Shown one piece after another: positions 38,970-50,645 of a DNA stretch of 64,000 nucleotides. This stretch comes from Epiperipatus broadwayi. Lineage: Eukaryota; Animalia; Onychophora. The stretch is from the NCBI GenBank assembly GCA_028023455.1, contig JAQFVV010000003.1, forward strand, positions 4,836,001 through 4,900,000, written 5' to 3'. A program made the translations under genes and the position numbers. Below the pieces are notes generated by a model. It searched no databases. It was not told the origin of the DNA and was given only the letters and a program-made list of their open reading frames with translations. Position 1 is the stretch's first letter; the number at the start of each line of letters is the position of its first letter.

Positions 38970-41055
38970 AATAATTTTAAATAAATGGTGTGCTTGGAAC
39001 GAATATAAAATTGTCTGTGAAAATGGATTTAAATTAATTGAACTTAAATTATATAATAAATTTGAGAAAAAAAAAGATTTTTTATTTAATAAGCGGTATC
39101 CACAAGTTTATATTAAGTTAAACTTTATTAATTTATCAAATAATAAGATACATTTGATTCAGAAATAAGTTTTAAGTCACGGAGCTAAATATATTGGTGG
39201 TAATTGGAATGACTATAATTTGGAACTAATTGCAGCTGTTCAAAATTCATTTGAAATGATTCCTGGTAATGATCATTTTGCTGATGATATTACTAAGAAA
39301 ATTAATTGTAATAAATTTAATACAATGCTTTATGATAAATCATGGGAATTGGCTATTTTGGAATTTAAACATAAATTGAAGAATGATAATATGATTTGTT
39401 TGAAAGAAGACAAAGGGCTGCATATGTGTTTAATGATGAAATGTCAATATATTGATAAAGTTAAAGAGCAAATGGAGAAACTTGGTTTCTTTTTGACTGA
39501 AGAATATAATATGGATGGTCAAAGAATAAAATTTATTAACAATATTTTAAAAAGTGCTAAAAATAAAGATTTAAGTAATAATGCATACCATATGATATAT
39601 CCTTCTTGTGCTGTATGTCCTCATATTTTTGCAAATATAAAATTACATAAAGAAGGTAATCCTTTGCAAGTTATGATAGATTTTGGTGGTTCATTCATGT
39701 ATCAGACTTCTAAATATATTGGTAAGCTTTTACAAGAGTTTTTAGGATTTGGGGAAAATACTATTGCTTCATCTTTTGACTTTGTAAATAGTATTAAAAA
39801 TTTGGTGATTAATGAGAATGATGTTATTGCTTCATTGGATGTAACAGAAATGTATGGATCTATTGATAGAATGAATTCCATAAAAATAATTGAACATACA
39901 TTAAAAAGTAAAAGTATTTGTAAATATATGATAAAGTTTATTGTTGATTCTTTAAAATTTTTTAATGATAACATTGTTGCATCTTTTGAAGGTCAATATT
40001 ATAAAATGTCTAAAGGTTGGCCTATGGGTCTGCCTGTAGTTGCACAAGTTTGCAATTTTGTTTTATCTACATATGAGAGTAGTATTTTAAATATGTGTAC
40101 TTTTGGAGATATTAAAATTTACAAAAGATATGTGGATGATGTTTTTGTTTGTGGAAATACTAATACTATAAATTTGCTTGTAGAGGAATTAAATAAGTTG
40201 AATGGCTTGAAATGGACTATTGAAAAGGAACAGGACAAAAATAATAAATATTTAGATTTAATTATTACAAAAGATAACAGTATATTAAATTACAAATTAA
40301 TAATTAAGCCATTGCAAAAAGGGGGATATATAAATTGTAAATCAAAAATACCAGTTATGCATAAGATGGCAAGTTTTAGATCTTTTTTGTTTCATAATGA
40401 AAAATTATGTCATTACCAAAGGGATAAACTGAAAAATATTGAGATATTTGCCAAGGAATTGCTTGATGTTGGTTATAAAATGGAACAAATAAGCAATACT
40501 TTATGTCAATTTAAAAAAAGTTATAATGGTTTAAAGGAAATGAAGATTAATAGTAAACAATGGATATCTATTCCATTTATTTCAAATCCACAAGTGAAAT
40601 TTTTTAAGGATATATATATATATAAGAATGTGTTTAATGTTTCATTCTATGTTCCAAACAATATTAATAAATTAGTCAATAATTCTAAGGATGTCATACC
40701 TGTCAAGCAGAAAAGTAATGTCATATATCAAATTTTTTGTGATTGTATGCTATCATATATAGGTGAATCTAGGTGCAGTATTGAGAAGAGATTGAGGGAG
40801 CATGAATTGTTATATAAGCGTGTAAAAAGTAAAAATAATGGTGATTTAATGTCTCCTTCAGTTTTCTTTGATCATGAAAAAACATGTAAATATAAATTTA
40901 AATTTGATTTTGAAAATGTGAAAATTCTTCATGAAGAGAGAAACCATAATAAAAGAAAAATTAAGGAGGCAATTTTTATAAATAGGAATAAAATGCATTT
41001 AATAAATAGACAAGCTGCTAACATTAAAATACAAGATTCATGGGATTTGAATTGA
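38970..41055 (+). CDS. Penelope-like reverse transcriptase + GIY-YIG endonuclease; open from 39169 after one in-frame TAA
   Basis: 611-aa ORF 39220-41055 has ASLDVTEMYGSI, GWPMGLPV, YKRYVDDVF and C-terminal NVIYQIFCDCMLSYIGES..RLREH. The same frame continues upstream (FINLSNNKIHLIQK*VLSHG) with a single stop at 39166-39168. Confidence 0.9.
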
Positions 41056-41095
41056 TGATGTTTGCTTCCATTTTTTTTTTTTTTTTAATTTAATG

Positions 41096-41138
41096 GCAGT
41101 TGAGGCAGATTTAACAAATTAACCGAAAGTACTTCTGT
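41096..41138 (+). ncRNA. atypical hammerhead-like motif in the PLE 3' region
   Basis: Two-arm consensus GCAG-TTGAGGC-A-GGTT..AACC-GAAA-GTAC-TT-CTGT with palindromic AGTACT stem III; the core box deviates from CUGANGA at two positions. Confidence 0.35.
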
Positions 41139-42609
41139 GGATTTAAGAATTGTTTATAATAGTTTGTTACCATTAAATTTATTTTATATATATATGCAAC
41201 AAATGTTATTTTTCACTATAGTAAGGAAATATCACGATAGATTAGTTTCACTTATCTATTAGAAAGATAAAAATTCTAATTAAAAAAAAATCATACTAAT
41301 ATATATGTATACAAGCAGTGAATTCAATGTCAGTGTATTGCATGTGATTATACAAGACGTGGACTAAGTAAACATGGTAATGATTAATCAAACCAATCAC
41401 TAGGTAACCAAATGTGGAAGATGAAAGTATAATTCTACTATGTAATTTTATTTTACTTACAATCAATATAATCCACACAACAATAGGGTTCACACAGTGA
41501 TGGAAAAGGAAATAAAATGCAATGGAAGCTGAGTCTTGTATAAAACAAACCCAGTTCATTTTCATCATCTTTTAATATTTTCAAAGAATGCAAAAGGTGT
41601 ATAACAACAACATCAAAAAATCAAATGTTTGAATCTAAGAGAACATGGATGGCTTATTTGAATACTCCAAATCATTCATTTGATCATTGTAATGCAAATT
41701 GCAAAAAACTGCAGTTGATATTTAAACAAAAATAATTCTAATGGATTCATGCAGTTGGATAAAATAATTGAACTGATTCAAATAGACATTTAAAATAAAA
41801 AGGACCACACTATTCTTCAAATACAGATAAAATAACAAAATAGAACATCATCATCATAGTTATATATATAAAAGATGGAATAATTCTGTTCTTACAAAAA
41901 TTATTAAATACCAAACACTGATTTAAGAAAATTTTAATTCTTTATGAACTGCAAAACAATATACTCTGACTAATTCAGTAGTGTCATAGGGCTAAAGGGT
42001 TATCAGTCCTGACCATAGGAAGCAAGATGGTTTAATATTCAATGGTGTAACACCTGCTGAAACATCAAATGCTCTGTCTTGAACATCCTGATGGATACAT
42101 AACAAAAATAACAACAGAAGATGGAAATAACATCATTCCAAATATGTTGCTGAGGAGTTCCCATGAATAATGCACAACTTTCCATAGAAGTATGACTGGA
42201 ACAGTGATGAACTGTATCTATAAGAATTAGTTGCATAATTCATGAACATTATGCAAGATAACATGAAGAAAGTCTTAATTTGTTGTGTAATCTTTTTTTA
42301 TTTTACATATACATTTGTAGAATTTCTGTATTTTTTTTTACTTATTTCACTTCCACACTTGGAAACCTAAATCTCTATAACTTGGAAGAGTCCATTGTAG
42401 TAAAAGTCAAGAAAGTGCAGGGAGGAAGGTTGTTAAGTTAGACCATTCTTTTTTTATTTCATTAAATAAAGTTTATTTAGGTAATATCCCTCTGTAATGG
42501 CATGACATTAGATATTATCTTCATCCTTACTACAATATGGAATAAAAGTAAGATTTTATTTGATATTATTCCATATTAAAAACATGCACTTGCTACTAGA
42601 CAGAGTTTG

Positions 42610-42767
42610 TGTTGTTTATTTGTTTATTATTTTTTGTTAACTAATGATTGTTTATATTTGTTTTTTTTTCAGTATGAATGACTAATATTCCTGCATTTGT
42701 TTATTTATTTTTTGTTAACTAATGATTGTTTATATTGGTTTTTTCAGTATGAATAACTAATATTCCA
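42610..42767. repeat. ~75-85-bp tandem duplication
   Basis: TTTTTGTTAACTAATGATTGTTTATATT.GTTTTTT.CAGTATGAAT.ACTAATATTCC occurs twice. Confidence 0.75.
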
Positions 42768-42964
42768 GCATGAATGTTCTTTTCTATTAAACTTGTACAT
42801 AGTCAAAGAGAGTCCTCAAAGAAGATGGAACCTTTACAGTTGGGTTTGGACTATGAAGCTATTGCACACATCTTCATATAATCTTGTTGAATAGTTAGTT
42901 AGCTTCACGATCATTGTAACATCGAATTAATAATTTTTATTTTCATTACTATTATCTGCTTTGT

Positions 42965-43114
42965 TTTAAATTGCACTTTACACAAAAAAGTAAAGCTTAG
43001 TATTATTAGAAAAGAATTATAATTCTTTTCTAATAATACTAAGCTTCACTTTTTTGTGTAAAGCACAATTTAAAACTTACCACTCAAAGGTGAAGTAAAA
43101 AACAAGGTTTAATT
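42965..43114. mobile_element. 150-bp mini fold-back insertion with a 16-bp TSD
   Basis: Palindrome 42963-43076 (56-bp arms, 3 mismatches, 2-nt centre). Direct repeat CTATTATCTGCTTTGT at 42949-42964 and 43115-43130. Confidence 0.8.
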
Positions 43115-43889
43115 CTATTATCTGCTTTGTAAATAGATAATGTCTTTATGTATACTTACCATGGGAAGGGTTGGAGTAATAAACATATTTAATCATTAAT
43201 ATGGTGGAGTTACATATTTGACACACACATGTATATAATTATTTTTTTGTTAAAAGAGTTTTTCAATTTTTATTTTGTTTGTAAATAAACATTGTTAATT
43301 TGATCTTCATTACATGGTCTCTAATTAATCAAAGTTATTTATCCATTCATTCATCAATTCATAAACATACATATGTGTATACACATATACCTTTTACATT
43401 ATAATATAGTAATATGGTTAAATGAGTCCTCTACTTGATTGGGAATCCATATAAAGGTATTGTAATTGCTATCTAAGATAAATTCATACCTGAAGATAGC
43501 TGGGTGTAGCATTGAATTCTGAGGTATGTGTGGAATTCGAAAGGAGGATCAGATATGGATGAACTAGCCTAATTTGTGTCTGAATTTAATGTGTAAACCT
43601 AGAACTAACCTATTGGAAGTAGGCATGATCATTGTTAGGTATTTCATTACATCATTCATAGCATCCTACCTGAAGAACCTAAGTCTGACTGTAGTTAGAT
43701 GCATTCCCCCTTTTCTAGTGGAAAACCAGACCATCATATTTTTGGTGCAGCCAATTGTGGGCAATAGATTATCAATTCTGTCACTATATATATATATATA
43801 TGTGTGTGTGTTGATATACTGTTTATGAAGTGATAAAAATATAGAGGATGTTATTTTTTATAATTGTAAAATATTTTCATGTGTGTATA

Positions 43890-45790
43890 TTATCATTATT
43901 TTCAACCATTATTGATTCACTATAAGATAAAAGTCTCTCCAAGTTTGATTCAGTTTCTCCGTGCTATAGCCTAAGGCCTCTTCTCTACATCATATCAACA
44001 GCTTCCTTAACTCATCCATTCATATCATATGTGGTTTTTCTTGATCATTTACAATCTCTGGAGATCCAGTTTAAGACTTCACTTATGCATGTATTATCAT
44101 CTCTTTCAATGGTATCTCCAAACCCAGCTCCATTTCAGTTTCTTAATTCTCAGTGATGTTAATAACATCTATTTGTTGTATCACCTAAGGATTTTACTTT
44201 TGATGTCTTTTTATTACCCCCAATGTACTCTCGACATTTGGGTAATATGAAATCTTCATATTCCTTTTTTTATTAAATGACTAAGATCCATAAGTAAAAC
44301 CTTATAAAATAAAAAAAAAAGGCTATTTGAAAAAGATTTTTGATTAATATATTTTATAAGGTTTTATTTGTAGATTTATTTATGGATATTATTTCTATGA
44401 AGCACTGAAAAAGTTTAATTCTATGATTAATTTCATTTATTGTATCCATCTATATTAATAATCTGATCAAGATATTTGGAATTGTTAAATTCTAGTTTCA
44501 TGATTATCAATCTTTATTTTCTTCTGAGAAAATCCATTGACCACTACATTAGTTTTTTTTAAAATATTTATATTTACTCCTTTGTTACTTATATCTGATA
44601 ACTTTTGCAACTTTTCTCGAAGCTCTAAATTATTATTTATAAAAACAATCAGATTGTCTGCAAAGTCTAGATGAATTATATAAAAATAATCTCCATATAT
44701 TTTTATTTTTTTTAACTCCTCATTTTAACTCACAAATACTTTTTTTGAAGCTAGAATAAAATATTTTGGATGTGTGGAATCATTCTGCCATACAACTTTA
44801 TAAATGTTAATCTGTAGTCAATAAATAATCTAATTACTGTTGTTACATTTTGATAAATGTTTTTTAGAATATGATAATATCACAATTCCAAAGTTTAATC
44901 ACTATGAAAATGCTCATAGAATCAAGTGCCTTTTCATAATTTACAAATCCATAACACAATGGCAACTTATAGTCATTGGTCGGGATTTTATAGTTTATCT
45001 CTATTCTTCAATGTGATTCACAGTGGTCAAATGACTTTTAAATCCAGATGTTTCTTTTGGGTTGGTTTTAGTTGAAAGTTTGTTGTAAATGACCATGATA
45101 AATATCTTATATAGATCTAATATAAAATTGATAGATTTTCAATTTTTAATATCTTCTTTATCATCTTTTTTAAATCTCATTATTGCATTCTTTTAAACAT
45201 CTGATATGTTTTTGCTACACCTTTATTTGGATGTTTGCATATCCATTTTCATTTATAATTTGTTTTCAAAGAATTCATATATTTTCTTTTCTGCAAATTC
45301 CACAAATCTGTATCATTTTACATTTTGTCTCCAAACCAAATTTACCCACTACATTTTTATCTTTTAATAATTTTACAATTTTAACATTAAAATCGTCCAT
45401 GACAATTTAAAAATATTATTTGATATGGGTAAAGGCATTTTACATGTTTATGTAAGGATCCTTTGCTTCTTCATCATAATGAGAACTTGTTGAGCATAAA
45501 TGTGAATTATCTACATTTGGTATTATTCATTCATTAAGTTGAATAAATAATCTCGTCATTCTGTCTGAAATGACATCAAATCTCACAATATTATTCTTCT
45601 ATTTTTTATTTGTAATGAATCCCACTTGACTTGTGCTTCCAATATTTATGCGTTTGGAGTAAAGTAAACATTGACTTTTTAAATCAATTGTTTTTTTTTT
45701 CAATTTTTTTTAAACTTTGCAAAATCCAATTATTTCCTATTTAATATTAAACAGCTCTTCTTTATTTGAAAGTGATCTTCATATTGTAAG
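43890..45790 (-). mobile_element. degenerate RTE LINE
   Basis: Minus strand YKLPLCYGFVNYEKALDSM at ~44915-44971 (RT motif); RTE-like C-terminal region at ~43960-44260. Confidence 0.65.
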
Positions 45791-45985
45791 TAGTAAATAA
45801 AAGGTCATTATCAGATGGCAGTTCATGTCAGCAATTAGGAGACTCTTAGCACTCTGTCATGAACTACCATCTGCTTTAGCTATTAACTTTACAGCTTTCT
45901 GGGAATAATGACCATAATTTAATTTTGTCTATCATGATTATAAATATATAAAAAATTTCATCACACATACATTCATTCAGAAAAC

Positions 45986-46380
45986 TCAAGTGATGTTTCA
46001 GTTAAGAAAGTCCTTGCTGTTCTTGATCTTAAATTCAGGGAAAGCCAATAAATTCACCACACTGGAAAATGTGTGATAATGTGCAGTCCATTCATGTTCT
46101 TTTAACACATAATTAATCACTTAGTAATAACAATTGCCATGATAAAAACACATACAGTGGACATTAGAAATTTGTTCTACTTCAAGTGATGTTTCAGTTA
46201 AGAAAGTTCTTGCTGTTCTTGATCTTAAATTCAGGGAAAGCCAATAAATTCACCACACTGGAAAATGTGTGATAATGTGCAGTCCATTCATGTTCTTTTA
46301 ACACATAATTAATCACTTAGTAATAACAATTGCCATGATAAAAACACATACAGTGGACATTAGAAATTTGTTCTACTTCA
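45986..46380. repeat. near-identical 196-bp tandem duplication
   Basis: Copies start at 45986 and 46182; only one substitution seen (AAGTCCTT / AAGTTCTT). Confidence 0.9.
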
Positions 46381-49300
46381 TTTTTATTTAACAGCAAACT
46401 TTTTATAATCAGGATGCAAATATGGTTTTTTTTATAAACTAATCAGATACAAATACTCAATGTATACATATATGTATAACATTCGATATTCAGATTCATA
46501 TTTCTCTGCAATAAATATTTTAAAATACTCTTTAATCTAGTATAAGGGAATATTTAATAAGAATAGAGCAGCCATCTATTGTCGTGCCTCATTTATTAAT
46601 ATAGAGAATTGTCTAAAATGCTTTGGTTAGAAAGAATGAATATATAAATAAATCATGCAGTGTATCTAAATATGTTTTAAATTTATTTCTTGCAATAGTT
46701 GTCAAAATACTGTCATCAACGATTCAAACAAATGAAAACATGAGATATTCTATTATATATAACAATAACAGTTTATATAGTATTTTTTAATAGTCTGAAG
46801 ATAATCCTCAAATAAAATTAAAATGAATTATATAATAAGAAAATAAAGATGGTTAATATATTATTTGTTTTTAATATGCTTATGGAAATAAATGAATGCG
46901 ATAATAAAAAAAAATATATTTTTTTAGAAATATTTTTATAGTATGTAATCAAAAGTTGTTTAATATATTATTTAGTTTTAATATTCTTATAGAAATAAAG
47001 TCAGCAATGATAAAAGTTTCATATTTCTTTAGAAATATTTATATTTATATTTTGATTTAATACAATAAAATTTATTATTCATAAATAGAAAATATACACA
47101 CTATGAATCTGAATTAGTCCTGTAATCAATTTGTTTTTTTGAACTTTATCACATTTACAAATGATTGATTTCATTTCGAATTTTTAGTAAAATATATTGC
47201 AGTACTGTATTCTTATCTCCATTCAGAATTTGTGGAACGTGATTGGAGATAGATTATTGAATAATATAAATATTAGTATTTAATTTTAAAATTTAGATAC
47301 ACCATTATATTAGTTAGTATTTCTTTTTTAATACTATTAAATGTAATGATTTTGTCAATAAAATATATATGTAACTTTTAGTTTATTAGTAATTAATTCC
47401 ATCCACTATCTAACCATCAAATGGTATCTTTGTTTAAAAGATTGACAGTTATAAGAATATTTATTTTATAATTAAGTTTGCTTTGTTTTTATCTATTTCA
47501 TTCCAGATTATCCTTTTATTTCTGTAACCATGCCATCTTAGACTTTTTTTTCATTTTTTTTCCAATCAGATATTATTCAAAACATTAATCTGATTTACTG
47601 TCAAAGATAAATTTTTATTATTTTGCTGTTCCCAGTGATTTCTTAAAAATATCCAGTCATTTCTTGAACCTTTCAATTTTTTATTTTATTCCTTAAAAGT
47701 TTTATGATTCTTGTCTTTTTATTTTGTTCTCTGTTCTCATAAAGAATATAGTAAAGAAAAATCTTAACTACATGTATATAAAAGATAGTTTAAATAAGAG
47801 CATTACATGATGCTATTACCTAATTCAAGAGTTCCCAAAGTGGTTGGTATTGACTCCCTGGGGTTAATTTGAACATTTTAGGGGTCGATAGTTTCAATAA
47901 AAAAATTTGGAGGTCGATGACAACAAAAATAGACCCCCTACTATTGCTATTGGTTTGTTACTTTAAAATATCCATGATTCCAATAGATACCTAATTATGA
48001 AGTAAAACAATTCAAAAAAACATTTTTTTGTTAAAAACATATTACATACCAAACTTGCGAATGAAAAGTTTAAAATGTGTCATTAAAAGAATCACACATA
48101 AGAAGGTATGAAAATACATGTAGCACAAACACATTGCCTTATTGATTGTATCAAAGCAAGTGCAAACATGAAAAAATGTTGTATGTCCATATTTGCTTGC
48201 AGTGATATGAGATAATCTTTAATATTATCAGTATCTATCAGTCTTGTATTGTCATATTTTCATAAAATACTATAAATTGGTTCATTTGATGTGACATGTA
48301 TTTATTTGTGATTTGAACTTTGAATGTAATTATTTATTGAGGAGCAGTACTATGAAAAAGAAAATCAGAGGTCTCAATATATTTATTCAAGTTTGAACAA
48401 AAATATTCTGTTTCAAATAAGTACATATTTTGTTTTTTTTTATCACAGGGGTTATCAAAATCTTTGTTAATAAAAGTTTTTTATTTCTTATAATAATAAT
48501 ATGACTGAACCAAAAAAGAATGCAGACAGTACAGCTTGGATTATTTGAAGATAGGATTTGTCCCATCATTAGCAAAAAAACATTTACCAATGTACCTCAC
48601 ATGCGAAAAAGTCTTTAGCAATGATGCTGTGAAACTATCAAAACTAACAGATCACTTGAACAGAAATCACCCTGACAAAAAAGAAAAAGATTTGTCATAC
48701 TTTTAATCACTTAAAGATAAAATTCTGAAGAGAACTACAATTGATATGTTTGTTTTGTCATTGAAGCAAAATGATGATGGATTAAGAGCACCATACAACA
48801 TATCTCTACTCATCACAAAGTCTGGTGAACTGCACATCATATAGAAGATATTGATTCTATCAATCATCACAGAGGTATTGAACACTGTATTCCTCAAACA
48901 TACACAGTTAAAAGGTGTATCAATGATGTGAGCCATGACATGGAAAAGTGTTTGTGTAATCATTTGCAAAAAATGGTTTTTTCCCTCCAATTAGAAAGTC
49001 AACATTACCCGATATGAAGTTTTGTTGCTGGTATATGTTCACTTTATTCAAGATCAGAAAATACTTGAAGAGCTGCTTTTTGCTAGAATTTTAGAAACTG
49101 ACACCAGAGACAAATCAATTTTTAATTTCATGGGGCTATTTTTCAGGGAAAAGTGATTCTGTTGACAAATATAACATCTCTTGCAACACATAGAGCACCA
49201 GCTAAGATTGGTCATTATCATTGTTTCATAAGTTAACTGAAACAACACATACCTGAAGTGCTTGCAGTTTTACTATGTAATCCATAAGCAATATTTAGTA

Positions 49301-49600
49301 GCAAAGAACCTTAGTGACAAATTGCATCAATGGCTTCAGTTTGCTATAACAACTGTGAACAAATTTGAAGTAATTCTTTGAACACTAGATTGTTTGCTCA
49401 ATTATGGAAGAAAGGTCATGAAGATTTCTATTGTTAAACCACTAAACATTACATGATCACTATCTCATACTAGCATATAATTGTTATTAAACAAAGCAAA
49501 ACTCTCCATACAGTAGTGCCATCTTGTGCCAACAAGAGCAATCAATGGATTCCAGAAGGCTTGTGCATAAAATCCCTATCTAGTGCCTACTCATCCAATA

Positions 49601-49642
49601 TCCCCAGACTAGTTTCTGGCTTGTGGCCTTCATCAGTGAGGA
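49601..49642 (-). ncRNA. minimal type I hammerhead ribozyme
   Basis: Reverse complement reads TCCTCA-CTGATGA-A-GGC-CACAA-GCC-A-GAAAC-TA-GTC-TGGGGA; stem I has 6 bp and stem III is the palindrome ACTAGT. Confidence 0.75.
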
Positions 49643-50186
49643 GCCTTGGATCTGAGAGCATTGCACCTAGATCTTAGGATCTAATGCAACCCTCCAGCAG
49701 CCACCTTTTAACTCTACTTAACTACAAAACTATGAGAATGAAATTGAAAACACAATAATATTTTCAATCTAAGCTCAATAGCTTATATAGTCATATGGGT
49801 CTGAACTCAATTCAGCACCCATACATTTTGGTGTCTTTGGCTCTTTAACAACCATAGCCACCATTATCCCATCAGGCAGGATTGGTGTTAAACCACTATG
49901 TGCTAGATGAGATAGTGATCATGTGATGTTTAGTGGTTTAACACCAATCCTGCCTAATAGGATAGTGGTGGCTATGGTCATTAAAGAGCCAAAGACACCA
50001 AAATGTATGGGTGCTGAATTGAGTAAAGACCCATATGACTATATAAGCTATTGAGCTTAGATTGAAAATATTATTGTGTTTTCAATTTCATTCTCATAGT
50101 TTTGTAGTTAAGTAGAGTTAAAAGGTGGCTGCTGGAGGGTTGCATTAGATCCTAAGATCTAGGTGCAGTGCTCTCTGATCCAAGGC

Positions 50187-50228
50187 TCGTCACTGATGAA
50201 GGCCACAAGCCAGAAACTAGTCTGGGAA
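50187..50228 (+). ncRNA. minimal type I hammerhead ribozyme
   Basis: CTGATGA at 50193-50199, GAAAC at 50213-50217, GTC at 50220-50222; stem I has mismatches (TCGTCA / TGGGAA). Confidence 0.7.
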
Positions 50229-50603
50229 TCTTGGATGAGTAGGCACTAGATAGGGATTTTATGCACAAGATGGCACTACTGTATGGAGAATTTTGCTTTG
50301 TTTAATAACATTTATGTGCTAGTATGAGATGGTGATCATGTGATGTTTCATTGTTTAACACCAATCCTACCTAATAGGATAGTGGTTGCTATGGTTGTTA
50401 AAGAGCCAAAGACACCAAAATGTATGGGTGCTGAATTGAGTTCAGACCCATATGACTATATAAGCTATTGAGCTTAGATTGAAAATATTATTGTGTTTTC
50501 AATTTCATTCTCATAGTTTTGTAGTTAAGTAGAGTTAAAAGGTGGCTGCTGGAGGGTTGCATTAGATCCTAAGAACTAGGTGCAGTGCTCTCAGATCCAA
50601 GGC

Positions 50604-50645
50604 TCCTTACTGATGAAGGCCACAAGCCAGAAACTAGTCTGGGGA
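50604..50645 (+). ncRNA. minimal type I hammerhead ribozyme
   Basis: CTGATGA at 50610-50616, GTC at 50637-50639; stem I TCCTTA / TGGGGA. Confidence 0.75.

Noticed and set aside
37918-39974. Pair of conserved-looking 90-aa ORFs (37918+ and 39702-)
   Set aside because: Antisense shadows of the PLE RT, duplicated by the inversion.
45812-45872. Small hairpin (19-bp arms) next to a CTGATAATGACC motif on the minus strand
   Set aside because: Too short, no TSD, and no GAAA half of a hammerhead.
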